Shown here in pieces: positions 33,201-45,151 of a DNA stretch of 64,000 bases; within the stretch, counting starts at the first letter, position 1, and every line of letters begins with the position of its first letter. The notes beneath the pieces were generated by a model. That model did not search any database and was not told where the DNA came from. It saw only the letters and a program-made list of their open reading frames with translations. The DNA is taken from the NCBI RefSeq assembly GCF_011745625.1, contig NW_027191473.1, positions 1 to 64,000 of the forward strand, in the 5' to 3' direction. Both the position numbers and the translations under genes were made by a program. Source of the DNA: Cladosporium halotolerans. Lineage: Eukaryota.

Positions 33201-36200
33201 AAAAGATGGGCCATACCATCGGCAAGTTGCTGGACAACTTCCCTACATTGAGCGTTGAGGCGGAGATCGCGCCTCTAAACAGAGATGTCCTGCGCGTCAA
33301 ACTCTTCATCACGCCTGACTTCCGCTGGAATGACCGTCACCACGGCAAGAGTGAAAGCTACTGGATCTGGGTGGAGAACTCTGAGACGAGCGAGATTTAC
33401 CACCATGAATACTTCATTCTCGGTCGCAAGAAGCTTTACGACGACCACGAACTAAACTTCACTATCCCGCTCTCTGATCCCCTTCCCAGCCAGATCTACG
33501 TTCGTGCTGTCAGCGATCGCTGGCTAGGAGCAGAGACTGTTACGCCTGTCAGCTTCCAGCACCTGATTCGTCCCGACACGGAGAGTGTATACACTGATCT
33601 CCTTAACCTGCAGCCTTTGCCCATCAAGGCACTCAAGAACCCGCTTCTCGAGGAAATCTACGGATCAAGGTTCCAATTCTTCAACCCCATGCAAACCCAG
33701 CTTTTTCATTGCATGTACCACACGCCTGCAAACGTCTTGCTCGGCTCGCCAACTGGTTCGGGTAAGACTATCGCTGCAGAGCTTGCCATGTGGTGGGCTT
33801 TCCGCGAGAGGCCGGGTAGCAAGGTCGTCTACATCGCGCCCATGAAGGCGCTTGTCCGCGAGCGTGTGCAAGACTGGAGCCGTCGATTGACCCGGCAAAT
33901 GGGCTTGAAGCTCGTCGAGTTGACCGGTGACAATACTCCTGACACCCGCACTATACGCAGCGCCGATATTATTGTCACGACGCCTGAGAAGTGGGACGGT
34001 ATCAGTCGTAGCTGGCAGACGCGAAGCTACGTCCAGCAAGTCAGCTTGGTCATCATTGACGAAATTCACTTGCTTGGTGGCGAGCGTGGTCCTATCTTGG
34101 AGATCATTGTCAGTCGTATGAACTACATCGCCTCGCAAAAGAAGGGCGACGTGCGTATCGTGGGTATGTCGACGGCCTGTGCTAACGCTATGGACCTTGC
34201 CAACTGGCTAGGCGTGAAAGAGGGTTTGTTCAACTTCAGGCATTCTGTCCGTCCTGTGCCGCTCGAGATTTTCATCGACGGTTTCCCCGAGCAGCGTGGC
34301 TTCTGTCCGCTCATGCAGAGCATGAACCGCCCGACTTTCCTGGCTATCAAATCGCACTCTCCTGACAAGCCTGTCATTGTCTTCGTCGCCTCGCGCAGAC
34401 AGACGAGACTCACGGCGAGGGACCTCATCAACTTCTGCGGTATGGAAGAGAATCCGCGAAGATTCGTACGAATGTCCGAGGATGACCTGGCACTCAACTT
34501 GGCTCGTGTCAAGGACGAAGCGTTGAAGGAAGCTCTGAGCTTTGGCATTGGACTGCACCATGCTGGTCTCGTCGAGTCCGACAGGCAGCTCGCTGAGGAG
34601 TTGTTTGCCAACAACAAGATCCAGATCCTGGTTGCTACCAGTACGCTTGCCTGGGGTGTCAACTTGCCCGCTCATCTGGTTGTCGTCAAGGGAACTCAGT
34701 TCTTCGATGCTAAGATTGAAGGTTACAAGGACATGGATCTTACAGACGTTCTGCAGATGCTCGGGCGAGCTGGTAGACCCCAGTTCGACACATCCGGTAT
34801 CGCTCGTATCTTCACACAAGATTCGAAGAAAGCGTTCTACAAACATTTCCTGCACACTGGTTTCCCCGTCGAATCTTCCTTGCACAATGTGCTGGATAAC
34901 CACTTGGGCGCTGAAGTCTCTGCTGAGACTGTCTCGACAAAACAAGATGCTCTGGACTATCTGACATGGACGTTCTTCTTCCGCCGTCTTCACAAGAATC
35001 CTTCATACTACGGTTTGGAGATTCCAGCGGAGGAGAACAATAGCATTGCAGCCCAGCAGGCCGCGAATGATTACATGATCGAAATGGTCGACCACTCAAT
35101 GTCCGAGCTGGCCGACTCTGGCTGTCTGACGCTCTATCCCAACGGCGACGTCGACCCGACGCCACTCGGCAAGATCATGAGTTACTACTACCTGTCGCAC
35201 AAGACCATTCGTACTCTCACCAAATACGCTACACCGACAGCCTCGTTCGAAGATGTTCTCAGCTGGATGTCCAGGGCCACAGAATACGACGAGCTGCCCG
35301 TCCGCCACAACGAAGACCTCATCAACGTCGAGCTCTCCGCCGCTCTTCCGCTCAAAGCTGACAATTTCGGTCTTCCCATGTGGGACCCTCACGTCAAGGC
35401 GTTCTTGCTGCTCCAGGCGCACTTTTCTCGCATCGACCTTCCAATATCTGACTACGTTGGTGACCAGAACTCAGTCTTGGACCAAGCAATTCGTATTGTC
35501 CAAGCTTCGATCGACGTGCTCACCGAACTTGGCCACCTGCAGAGCTGTCGCATGATGATGACTCTCCTTCAAGCCATCAAGAGCGCCCGCTGGCCAGATG
35601 ATGGCCCACTGTCGATTCTTCCCGGCGTCGAACCTGATGCCGAGAAGAAGCGCATGGCTAAGGAGTCGGCGAGGCCCAGGTCTCTCATTACGGCCACGAC
35701 CGCTCCCCGCGGCGAGCTCGAATCAGCGATGAAGCAGCTTAACCTCCCCGCACCTTCCCATGGCAAGGCTCTCAAGGCGCTCGCACAGCTGCCACAGATG
35801 CGTGTCCATGTCGCCGACACTTCTGCCCACAGCCTTGCCGTCTCCCTCGCTCGTCTCAACCCTGCGCAGAACAAAGACTATCACATCTACGCGCCGAGGT
35901 ACCCCAAGCCTCAGACCGAAGGATACTTCGTCCTCGTCTCTGATGGTGCTACGGGCGATATTCTGGGACTAAAGAGGGTCAGCTGGCCGTCGCCCGACAA
36001 GGTCAAGAACCCGAATGCCAATGCTAGCAAGCCGAGCACTAGGGCTATGGTCAAATTGCCGCCGAGTGACAAAGAGCGGAAGGTTAGAGTGCAAGTCGTG
36101 AGCGACAGTTACATTGACATGGAATGGGCGATCGAGGAAGTTGCAATTCCCGCGCCAGAGGTCGAGAGCATTACCGTAGAGGCTCCGGCTGGGAAGCCGG

Positions 36201-36220
36201 AGAAGCCGAAGCCGACATAG
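30260..36220 (+). CDS. SLH1: Ski2-like double-cassette helicase Slh1/Rqt2 (ASCC3 orthologue)
   Basis: Two helicase cassettes (APTGAGKT..DEVH and SPTGSGKT..DEIH) with Sec63 domains; GRAGRPQF twice; GFCPLMQSMNRP typical of ASCC3/Slh1 rather than Brr2. Confidence 0.93.
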   Translation: MSPSADTAASQWLEQLAAMRAAIAELKLPQTNGDAKDVPGEQDYGLDDEDLSPASGSDDIWDLISDEDDYDFSDDSLEPPPTFQQEDFGEPTAAIGTKGWLRDCCVDVSSRGSGLDADTLEQQITAVLASDSSDEELQMTLADILGFDELDLVSNVIQHRKKILSDSSKPSSGLLSKAERDERLRQQDLEHKSAPLAATQIRSGSEYPHVYKAHDAGNTLSSHGRKYALPVGSERIEREKYEEYSIPAAKVGTLGRHQKLVEIKDLDGLCRGTFKGYKTLNRMQSLVHQVAYHTSENMLICAPTGAGKTDAAMLTILNTVAKNIHPNPLEEPEATDFAVHTEDFKIVYVAPMKALAAEVTEKLGKRLAWLGIQVRELTGDMHLTKAEVMATQIIVTTPEKWDVVTRKSTGDTELVQKVRLLIIDEVHMLHDGRGAVLESLVARTERQVESTQSLIRIVGLSATLPNYVDVADFLKVNRMAGLFYFDQSFRPVPLEQHFVGVKGKAGSKTSRDNLDKVCFEKVKDMLEQGHQIMVFVHSRKDTVKTARTLWEMAADEGLTDLFDPSGHEEYTNALRDVKQSKGKELRELIQKGMGTHHAGMPRSDRNMVERMFGDGVLKVLCCTATLAWGVNLPAAAVIIKGTQLYSSEAGKFVDVGILDVLQIFGRAGRPQFQDTGIGMILTSQDKLQHYLTTVTQQQPIESQFSKKMVDNLNAEISLGTVTSVPEAIAWLGYSYLIVRMRRNPIAYGIDWAEIRDDPMLVQRRRELIINAARVLQKSQMIIFNETTEELRAKDVGRIASQYYILQTSVEIFNTMMRPRATEADVLKMISMSGEFDNITSRETEEKELMNLKEGYAPCDIDGGIGTQQGKTNVLLQSYISKARPEDFTLVSDTAYVAQNAARICRALFMIALNRRWGYQCLVLLSLCKSIEKRVWPYEHPFNQFDLPQAVLRNLDEKASTTTVESMRDMEAAEIGALVHNQKMGHTIGKLLDNFPTLSVEAEIAPLNRDVLRVKLFITPDFRWNDRHHGKSESYWIWVENSETSEIYHHEYFILGRKKLYDDHELNFTIPLSDPLPSQIYVRAVSDRWLGAETVTPVSFQHLIRPDTESVYTDLLNLQPLPIKALKNPLLEEIYGSRFQFFNPMQTQLFHCMYHTPANVLLGSPTGSGKTIAAELAMWWAFRERPGSKVVYIAPMKALVRERVQDWSRRLTRQMGLKLVELTGDNTPDTRTIRSADIIVTTPEKWDGISRSWQTRSYVQQVSLVIIDEIHLLGGERGPILEIIVSRMNYIASQKKGDVRIVGMSTACANAMDLANWLGVKEGLFNFRHSVRPVPLEIFIDGFPEQRGFCPLMQSMNRPTFLAIKSHSPDKPVIVFVASRRQTRLTARDLINFCGMEENPRRFVRMSEDDLALNLARVKDEALKEALSFGIGLHHAGLVESDRQLAEELFANNKIQILVATSTLAWGVNLPAHLVVVKGTQFFDAKIEGYKDMDLTDVLQMLGRAGRPQFDTSGIARIFTQDSKKAFYKHFLHTGFPVESSLHNVLDNHLGAEVSAETVSTKQDALDYLTWTFFFRRLHKNPSYYGLEIPAEENNSIAAQQAANDYMIEMVDHSMSELADSGCLTLYPNGDVDPTPLGKIMSYYYLSHKTIRTLTKYATPTASFEDVLSWMSRATEYDELPVRHNEDLINVELSAALPLKADNFGLPMWDPHVKAFLLLQAHFSRIDLPISDYVGDQNSVLDQAIRIVQASIDVLTELGHLQSCRMMMTLLQAIKSARWPDDGPLSILPGVEPDAEKKRMAKESARPRSLITATTAPRGELESAMKQLNLPAPSHGKALKALAQLPQMRVHVADTSAHSLAVSLARLNPAQNKDYHIYAPRYPKPQTEGYFVLVSDGATGDILGLKRVSWPSPDKVKNPNANASKPSTRAMVKLPPSDKERKVRVQVVSDSYIDMEWAIEEVAIPAPEVESITVEAPAGKPEKPKPT

Positions 36221-36331
36221 ACAAGTAGTCAAGTACACAAGATTAAAGTGTCATAGATCAAAGCAATCCAACAGGAGAGTACACACAAGTTATCGTCGTT
36301 TGCACAAAGATTCATCTATCACTATGCTCAC

Positions 36332-37845
36332 TTAAGCCGCAGTAGAGTTGCTCGCAACGCAAGGAACGCCAACACCGTCCGCAATGCCATCGCACAGCAC
36401 CACGCCCTGCTGATCCGGGTTCGTCGGGCTCTTCAGGTCGATGTCTTCAAGCCTGATGTTTTCGCACACAGCTGACGGACTGCAGACCAGGCTCGCCACA
36501 TCTTTGCCTTCTTTGCCGCTGCTCATGCCGTGGATGTTCTTGAACAGGATGTTGGTGATGTTCACCCGCGACGGGTCAGCGGCGCAGACCGCAGGGTCGA
36601 TGTTGAAGTAGCAGGCGTCGAGCACGATCGGCCAGTCGGTGTTCTCGACGTACATGCCTTGGGGGTTCTATCAGTATCTGTTCGCTGCTGGTATTAACGG
36701 GCAAATTGTTGCTTACCGTCGTAGGTGATGTTGTTGATGTATCCGTAGCCGACATTGGGGCCGGCCCAGGATTTCAGACGGGCGCCGTTCTACAGAAAGG
36801 TCAGTGGTTGCTTCTTTGAATGCATCGAAGCTGACTTACCTCAGCGTTGAGCATGGTAACATTCTCAATCCATGCATTCTCAATGTAGTCCAGAACACCA
36901 GGATACTGGCCGATGGAGCCCATGCTCACACCGTGGGTACCGTTGCACCAGAGGTCCTTAACGTAGATGTCGCTAGTGTTGGGCTTAGGCGAGAAGCAGT
37001 CGTCACCGATGTTCACGTTGCTGTTCGTGACGCTGATGCCCTTGACGTTCAGAGTGTCCCAGCCATCAGTGTTCTTCGGGAGGGCGCTGATGTTGTTAGA
37101 GGTTGCTTCGATGTTAATGTTATCGAACGAGATGTCGTTGGTGCGGATGAGGAAATTGGTCCAACAGGGTGAGTTGAGCATAGTGATTCCACTGACATCG
37201 ACCTGGGTCGCATTGTCGGTCAAGAAAAGGATAGGTCTGTAGTAAGTGTTGTCGGAGTCCAGAATCTCGCGGCCGGCAAAGCCGTTGTACCTACCATACG
37301 GTCAGTCGTTATAGTCACTTTGCGTGAAGGTTTAGTTTGACCTACCATGCCTGCCCATTACCGTTTAGGACACCAGAGCCGGTCTCAGAGTAGATCTTGA
37401 TCTTCTCGCCACCCCAAACCCAGAAGGTGATGCTCTTTTGGAAGTCATAGTAGAAGTGGTTCGCTTGCCAGTACTCAATGTCGTCTGTGAACTTAATCTC
37501 ACCGTCAAGCTGGAGGTGCACATCGTTCAGGAAGCTCAGGTCGAGCTTCTTGCCGATTACGTACGTCGATCCCTCTTCGAGATAGACTGTGCCGCCGTGG
37601 TTGGCTTTCTTGAAGGCCCACAGGAAATCAGACGAGACATCATCTGTGTCGTTCGCGGAAGCTCTAATGGTGACTTTGTGGCGGTATTCGGGCTTGTTAC
37701 AGCCCCATTTGTCCTTATGGTGGTGGTTTGGCTTTCCACGAGGCTCTATACCAGGTGTGATAGCAGCGCCGACGGGCAGTGCCTCGCGTGCTATGCTGGC
37801 AGCCGAGGCCAAGGTGGCGGACAGGGCAAGCAAAAGGCCTCGCAT
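36332..37845 (-). CDS. pgxB: Secreted GH28 exopolygalacturonase B-like
   Basis: Signal peptide MRGLLLALSATLASAA. GH28 motifs NTDG, GDDC, THGVSMGS, ARLK. Introns ~37345-37291, 36839-36790 and 36716-36658. Confidence 0.88.
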
Positions 37846-38530
37846 CTTGGCCGCTAGAGCTTGGTATGCTTGACTTCTGGGCAATATGATATAGAAGGAG
37901 AGAGACCAGTATTCTTAATGAAGATGTTCTGGAGGCGAGAGCAAGAAAGCTTGTCCCAGAAGCGATTGCTTACCTTCATGGCGGACCACCACCTACATAT
38001 ATACCAAGCCCATCCATGGCCATCACAATATAGTTGCCGAGCTGTGGATGGTTTTGATGATGAGACGGAAGAATTATACAGGATGGACTATAGGTACTGC
38101 AAAGAGGAGGCTACAGTTTCCCCGTCTTGGCTGATGTGGGGACCTGGTGCGGAGCCCCGGGTTCTGGGGGAATGCAGATCCTCCAGAACACTATGGTACG
38201 AGAAAGACTTGTTCTGGCTAAGGCTTCGGTGTCAGTTGACCGCAGTCGGGGTGGTGTACAGACTACGCGGCGCTCAGTGCTCTCAACGAACCGCTGGCAA
38301 GTTTCGGCGCAAGACGAGCTCGATCAACATCTCGCAATCAAGACAGATTGTCACAGACAAGGACCATACAGAACGAGGGCCCTCCGAGCGGGGTCGTTAT
38401 TATCTTCAAGCCAACAAGCCGTGCTAGGGCGGTGGAACGCCCTTTCATTGGTGCATATACAACCCTACAAGCAAACGCCTCTCAATAAGAAATCGGTTAG
38501 CCGGCTGTGGCATGTCTTAACCTCAATCCG

Positions 38531-40688
38531 TCAGAACAGGTACACTCTCGCTTCCCAAGCCTGGAGCGCTTTCTCCTCCCGCATGTGCTTGGAATAGTTG
38601 CCGATGAGCAAGTGCGGTGGCCTTTGCAAAACAACTTTGCCATCCACATTCGTCATCCATCTGTGCAACTTCCTTGGAATGGTGAACGGAATCCTCTCGG
38701 TGGAGAAGTTGAGCATGACCAGAGCCTTGAAGCCATTCCATGTTTCTTTCGAATACATAAACATCTTCTCGTTGTCCCGGTCAAAGACTTCGTATTTTCC
38801 GTGAACGAAAAGCTCATTGTGCCGCTTGCGATACTTGATCATTGTCTTCCAGAAGCTGAGCGGGCTGTTATTATCATTCATCTGTTTGGCAACATTGATC
38901 TGAACATAATCGTCATTGCACGGAATCCACGGGCCCTGCTTGTTGCTTGTGAAGCCGGCATTGAGAGTGTTGTCCCACTGCATGGGTAGACGAGTGTTGT
39001 CACGACCAACGTTGAGGACACCGTCAATAGCCTTCTGCAAAGCGTACGGATCATTGGGGTCGTCCTCGGTTTTCCTGTCGACCCAGAGTCCAGCATCGAT
39101 ATCGCGAAATTGCTCAGGGCCGAAATGCTCGGGCATGTTGTGCGTGCCAATCTCCTAGTACGAATGTCAGCTACGTGACAATGTAGCGCCATTGGCGAGA
39201 TGGATCAACATACTTGACCTTGAAACACGAACAGTGTCCCTGATAGGGTAGTAAGCATGATGCAGATGAGCTTACAGGCTCGGTTCCAGTATGGTGGGTT
39301 ATCAGTGACCCATCGCCGGATGCTGCGAAGCTGATCATGGTTCTGCAGTCAGCATTAGCTTGTATCCACTCAACGCAAGCCGAAGACCATGCTTGTCCTT
39401 CTCACCTCAGCGAAAGCTGTAGCCCAAGCTTCGCCCTTTGTCTCCGTTACAAGTGCCTGGACTTTTGAAATTGTGTCTTTCATGTCTGGGAGCAAATGCC
39501 CCTCACCCACGTTCTTGACCTGGTGCTTGTCAACCTCGTCAGGATGGTCGTTACCGCCAAGCTCCTGTCATCCTTGTTAGCCATGCCAGAACGTGCTGGT
39601 GGAGAGGGAAGTTTGCGTACCATCATGTCAAAATCGAAAGTCATACTCAGCTCCCGCCGGGAACTCAAGACATACTTCTTCAGCTCCTCCGGCTTCGTAC
39701 CCGGCAGCTCACCTACGAGTATCGCATCGCGATCATATTTATCCATTGCTGTCCGCCTCATCTCCTGCAGATACTCATGCATACGCTCTCCGTTCAGACA
39801 ATGCTCGCTCATATCCTGGTACGGTAAATCCGTCTTCGTCACCCTAGCATCTTTAAACGTCATGTCCTTGGACATACGGTTAGCAGTGTCGACTCTGAAG
39901 CCAGAGACGCCCTTCTTCATCCAAAATTCAATCGCGGACTCATATATAGCTTGCCGGCAGTCTGGATTCTCCCAATTGAGATCTGGCTGGCATTCGAGGA
40001 AACAGTGCAAGAAGAACTGCTTGCGTTCTTCACACCATGTCCAAGCACTGCTGTGGATAAGGCATGCCCGCCAATTTGTCGGCTCCTGAGGCATACCGTT
40101 GTGATGATAAAGAGTGTTGCCCTTAGAATCTTTCTTCGGGTCCTGCCAGATATACCAGTCCGCTTTGGGATTGTCGCGGCTCTGCCTGCTCTCGAGGAAC
40201 CACTTGTGCTCGTCGGAAGTGTGATTAATGACTAGATCTAGGACGATTCGCATGCCGCGTTTGTTGACCTGATCAATAAGCTCGTCCATATCCTCCATAG
40301 TCCCAAAGTCAGGATCGATCGACTCGTAATCCGAGATATCGTAGCCATAGTCCTTCTGAGGGCTCTTGTAAGTGGGACACAACCAGACGACGTCGACACC
40401 GAGGCTTTGGATATAGCCTAGCTTGTCAATCACGCCTCTGATGTCGCCGTGACCTTTGTTGTTTGTCGTGCCGGAGTCTTTGAACGAGCGCGGCCAGACC
40501 TGGTAGCAAACCATGTCTTTCCACCAAGGTCTTTCTTCAGGCGGCGTTGGCTTCCAGGCCTCCGGGGAGCAGCTTCTCGTAGTTGGCGGCGATAGTTTCT
40601 CCGGCGACAGACCGTGGAGTCTCGTCGGTACAGGCAAAGGTACATCAGTATCGGCGTGGTGTTGGAAAGTTCCAGGATAGGACGCCAT
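38531..40688 (-). CDS. GH13 alpha-glucosidase/maltase (oligo-1,6-glucosidase-like)
   Basis: YQVWPRSFKD, DYGYDISDY, DLVINHTSDEH, QPDLNWEN, catalytic GFRVD, VGEL and ENHD. Introns 39620-39565, 39405-39343 and 39213-39155. Confidence 0.92.
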
Positions 40689-41329
40689 GCTGCAAACTGA
40701 TTCGGGAAAGGTGATTCACACGTGATATCGACTTCTCTTCGAAATTATTGGATGTTATGGCTTCGAGCTGGATTGTGATGATGCGTTCGACCACTGGTAA
40801 GAGTGATCCCTGGCGGCGAAGCCTGCCTTTTAACCCTCTATCGATGCTCATAGTGCTCAGAGTGAATGAAGTCTTTGCTTGCGTTTATACCGAAGAGACA
40901 TACAAGTGCTGAAGGTAATACGGAATGATCAGCATTGTACGAAGACTGATATCCGTGGGCAACAAGGTGGACGTTTGTCTCCTTGCAGAGTATAGGTAGC
41001 GTCAAACGAGCCGTATGCCACGAGAGCTGCTCCTTGAAGACGGTAGTACTCCAGTATTGACAAGCGCTTTCGCTCATGAATGAGAATCTGGCGATAGGAC
41101 ACATTGACTATAAATGCTGATATCGAGCGTAACGACTGACAGAGTGACTGTCGTCCCGGTGACTGAGTTGAGGCAAACGAAGGCTCAACTTGAGGACCGT
41201 TGCGTGGAAGGCAAATACAACATCACGAACGGTGTTGATCTGTTGCATGCACAAAGCTCCATGAGAAAGCTTCTGTGAAAGGACAAAAAGAACAGCAAAA
41301 GGTAAACCTCACACATCAAGGTGTGATCA

Positions 41330-41430
41330 TGGAGAAACCCGGAGTCGAACCGGGAACCTTCTCCACTTAACAGATACAAGGGGCACTTGTATGGTGCTAA
41401 GAAGATGTCATACCGCTAGACCATATCCCC
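41330..41430 (-). tRNA. tRNA-Ala(AGC) with 29-nt intron (41394-41366)
   Basis: GGGGATA/TTTCTCC-A acceptor stem with G3:U70, anticodon stem TCTTC/GGAGA, loop TT-AGC-A, T-loop GGTTCGACTCC, downstream T-runs. Confidence 0.93.
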
Positions 41431-42020
41431 GAGGTTGAAACATACAGATTCGCGCAATATATATTCCTTTGTTTTTGGCAGAAGAACTCGCGCGGCCCTA
41501 ACCGCGTCGCAGCAGAACGCTTCGAGCAAAACGCCGCGTCCGAGAAACGGTATCATCATATTGCCTGATTAGCGATTCAGACCAGGACTGATGCTGTTGT
41601 CGGCTTTGTTACTTCATGGCTCTTCCGCACGTCAGTAATCCATCAGGCCCAGGTCTAGAGATACAGCAGACAAGTCTGAATGGGGCAGCGAGGGTTAGGG
41701 TTGGGGTTGCGCGACCCTGGACCTGACGCGATGGAACACGCATATTAACCCCAAGTCGGCATACATATAGCCGAACGTAAACAAGGCCAATCAAGAGGAA
41801 GCAACGGCATTCTTTTGCGGAGTCGGACGCGCCCTATGCTTACACGGATGGGAGTTGCTGTGACTAATGGATACCGATAGTCACCTTGATATGCACGCCG
41901 CTCGATCCGGCAGGTCGATCAGCTTGCGGAGACAGAGACGTCGTTGCACAACCACATCCGGCCGAGCAATAACCTCGTACTTCCTCCTACAGAGGCAGAA
42001 GCTTAAAGCCATTTGCCGAG

Positions 42021-43665
42021 ATGAATGCGTCGAAACTCTACAGGACTGCTCTGCGGTTCGCACCAGCACAATGTAGCGTCAAACGATGGGCGCCTCGCTG
42101 TGGTCAAACGAGCCGCTTGTTCTCGACCTCGGCTTACAGATCGATTGCGGTTGCTGAGATGTCGGAACGTGATATGAAGAGCCTCAAAGTGAAAAAGGAC
42201 AGATTGATGGCTGACATTCATCATTCGTGCCAATGGGGCGAGGGCGAGCGATGGGGCGAGTAAGTTGACCACCTGCGTGAGCTCTCAATGAGCTCACATT
42301 GCACGGATAGAATGCCAAACGACGCCATTGATCGTTCGAATCACGCTTTGATCAGTAACAATGCACGATTTCCATGCTAACAATGACACTTCTAGTCACC
42401 CAACAGAAACAGGCATGTCCCGCCTCTCCCTCTCCGACACAGACAAGCAAGCCCGCGACTGGTTCGCCGCGACCACCGAATCTCTCGGTTGCAAAGTAAC
42501 AACGGATGAAATGGGCAACCAATTCGCCGTGCGCCCCGGCCTTAGCGACGGCCCACCAACCTGCGCCGGCAGCCATCTCGACACTCAGCCCAGCGGCGGC
42601 CGCTACGACGGCATCCTGGGCGTCACGGCCGGCATCGAAATGCTGCGCGCCCTCAACGACGCCTGGGTCGAAACCACCTACCCCGTCGGCGTCATCAACT
42701 GGACCAACGAAGAAGGCGCCCGCTTCCCCAAGTCCATGGTCTCCTCCGGCGTCTGGGCCGGCGCCATCCCCCTGCAAACCGCCCACGACACCAAGTCCGT
42801 CATCCCCTCCTCCGACACCGCCACCATGCGCTCCGAACTCGAGCGCATCGGCTACCTAGGCCCCACCCCCTGCTCCTGGCAGTCCAACCCCATCGCCGCG
42901 CACTTCGAGCTGCACATCGAGCAGGGCCCGATCCTCGAAGCCGAGCGCCGCCGCGTCGGCGTCGTCGCCGGCGTCCAGGCCTACAAGTGGTTCACGCTGA
43001 CGGTTGCCGGCCGCGACGCGCACACGGGCGCGACGTCCTTCGCGCACCGCGCCGACGCCCTCCTGACCGCGAGCAAACTGATCCTCGCCAGCCACCGCAT
43101 CGCCGCGCGCCACAGCGCTCTCGCCTCGACCGGCATCCTGAACCTGAAGCCCGGCTCGACGAACACCGTCCCCGGCTGGGTGCAGTTCAGCCTCGACGTG
43201 CGCGCGCCGCGCGACGAGACCGTCTCCGCCGTCGAGGAAGAGTGCAAAGCGGCCTTCGCCGCCATCGCCGCGGGCTCAGACGTCGAAGGCGTCAACGCAG
43301 GCTGCGCGCCGTCCGAGCGGCAGTGCAGCGTCGAGTGGCGGACGGACTTCGTGTCGCCGGCGACGCACTTCCACGAAGACTGCGTTTCGTGCGTGTCTGA
43401 GACTGGGAAGGACTTGTTTGGGGACGCGGACGTCGTGGAGGGGAATCTTGAGAGCTGGGGCAAGATGATGACGAGCGGGGCGGGGCACGATTCGGTCTAT
43501 GCGAATATGCGCGTGCCGGCGAGCATGATTTTCGTGCCGTGTAGGGAGGGCGTGAGCCACAATCCGAGGGAGTTTTCGACGCCGGAGGCGTGTGAGGATG
43601 GCGCGCAGATGTTGTTGGGGTCTGTGCTGAGATTTGATCGGTTGAGGGCGCAGAGGGGTTACTGA
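42021..43665 (+). CDS. M20-family N-carbamoyl-L-amino-acid hydrolase / beta-ureidopropionase-like
   Basis: Exons 42021-42259 and 42396-43665. Motifs GSHLDTQPSGGRYDG, NWTNEEGARF, HFELHIEQGP, SGAGHDS, GVSHNPRE. The N-terminus is Arg/Ser-rich and presequence-like. Confidence 0.92.
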
Positions 43666-44205
43666 GGGGGTTAGGGGGTTGAAGAGTGAAGTGGTGGAGT
43701 ATGCCAGCTGATGATTATGCGAGCGCTTCGTTGTCCAAAATTGAGAGCAGAGTACATACCTAGCTGGGAAGTTATGTTTGATCAAGCGTCAGCATCGTCC
43801 TGGAATGGTCCTCAGAAACAAGGAAGCATACCATGTACTGTGTTGGCATCTTAAAAATCACAAGTGAAACGACGCCAAACCACCTTTGTACTGCTCGACA
43901 ATAAATTTCACCAGGAGAGCACATTACATGTTCAGATAAGTCGTGGCATAACTCACGCAACACAACACATGACAAAAAGGAAAGCGGCACATGGCTCGCA
44001 AGTGAGGCCGACTGGGATTATCTCGCTTATTCAGAGCCTGAAGCCCGTCTGTTCCTCTCGAACTATCTCCGATCTTCGACTCTTTTTTGTTTGGTTCGTG
44101 CCGAAAGAAAGGCCGTCGTTGCTGAAATCATTCCCGGAAAGAACCCATTCCTGACAAACACCAAGCCGTGACCTTCATGCGACACTACCAACCACCGTCA
44201 TCATC

Positions 44206-44814
44206 CTAAGAAGACGGGGCGGCACCGCGGCCACGGCCGAAGCCACCACGGAACTCAGGGGCGAAGCCACCGGGGGCGCCCTCCTTCTTCTCGCCGTCGT
44301 CGCGGCGGCGGTAGCCACCCTCACGGTCGCCACGGGGGCCGCCACGGCCACCACCACGGCGCTCGCCGTCACCGCCGAGCATGCCGCGGGGCGGGGCGTG
44401 AGAGCGCTGCTGCTTGACGTGGGTCTGGGGCACGATCTCGGCGGGGAGGTGCAGCCACTCGCGGAGGTAGTCGAGACCCTCGGGGGTGAGGGTGTAGTAG
44501 TACCACTGCCAGGAGAACTGGGTCTTGAGGTAGCCGCGGGAGGTCAGGGACTGGCAAGCCTTGATGACCTGTGGGGTGATTGTCAGTCTCGCGGGTCGGG
44601 CTTCCAGGCTATGAGAGAGCGGCGGAACATACGTAGAGGTTCTTGGTGTCAATCTCGCCGTGCTTGGGCAGGTTGAAGTCCTTCTTGGCGACGAGCACAC
44701 CCTCGCGGAAGAGGTACTCGTGGATCGCCTTGCGGTCGGCCTTGGGGATCAGCCTGGCGGAATGTCAGTGTCTGCTGTGTGCGCGTCGCATGCAATTGCG
44801 CTGGCAACTCACAT
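44206..44814 (-). CDS. RPS10: 40S ribosomal protein S10 (eS10)
   Basis: Exons 44814-44813 (AT|G), 44753-44633 and 44568-44206 give [32 protein letters not shown]...[25 protein letters not shown]. Confidence 0.97.
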
Positions 44815-45151
44815 TTTGGCAGCGGTGACTGTTGGTTAGTTGTCTGGTGGGAGGCTGACGACGGTGGTGATGTTTCGATCAATCCCAGAATCCCGAAGTA
44901 TAACTTTCAAGCGGGCTGAAATCCGTGTGTGTGCGCCGAACAGTCGCACGGGCCGCATTGGACGCGGGCAACGCCGCTACCCGCTCTCTCCGCAATCTTG
45001 AAGTCGCGACTGCGCTCACCTTGTAGATCGCAGCCGCTGTTCGATTACATAGGTGGTATCTCGACTAATAATAACACTCTGGCCACCACTCTTTCACCCT
45101 TGTTCTACGCAAACAGACGTATAATCACCCTAAAAAGACATACATCAAACC

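Noticed and set aside
37861..38597. 188-aa and 156-aa ORFs between pgxB and the maltase
   Set aside because: TTG starts, no motifs; they lie in the pgxB promoter/maltase 3' region.
41690..41712. Telomere-like GGGTTAGGGTTGGGGTT
   Set aside because: Only ~2 imperfect units, too short to call an interstitial telomere or binding site.
44754..44814. RPS10 ATG split by an intron (AT|G)
   Set aside because: Real, but introns at the start codon are common in fungal ribosomal-protein genes, so it is not novel.
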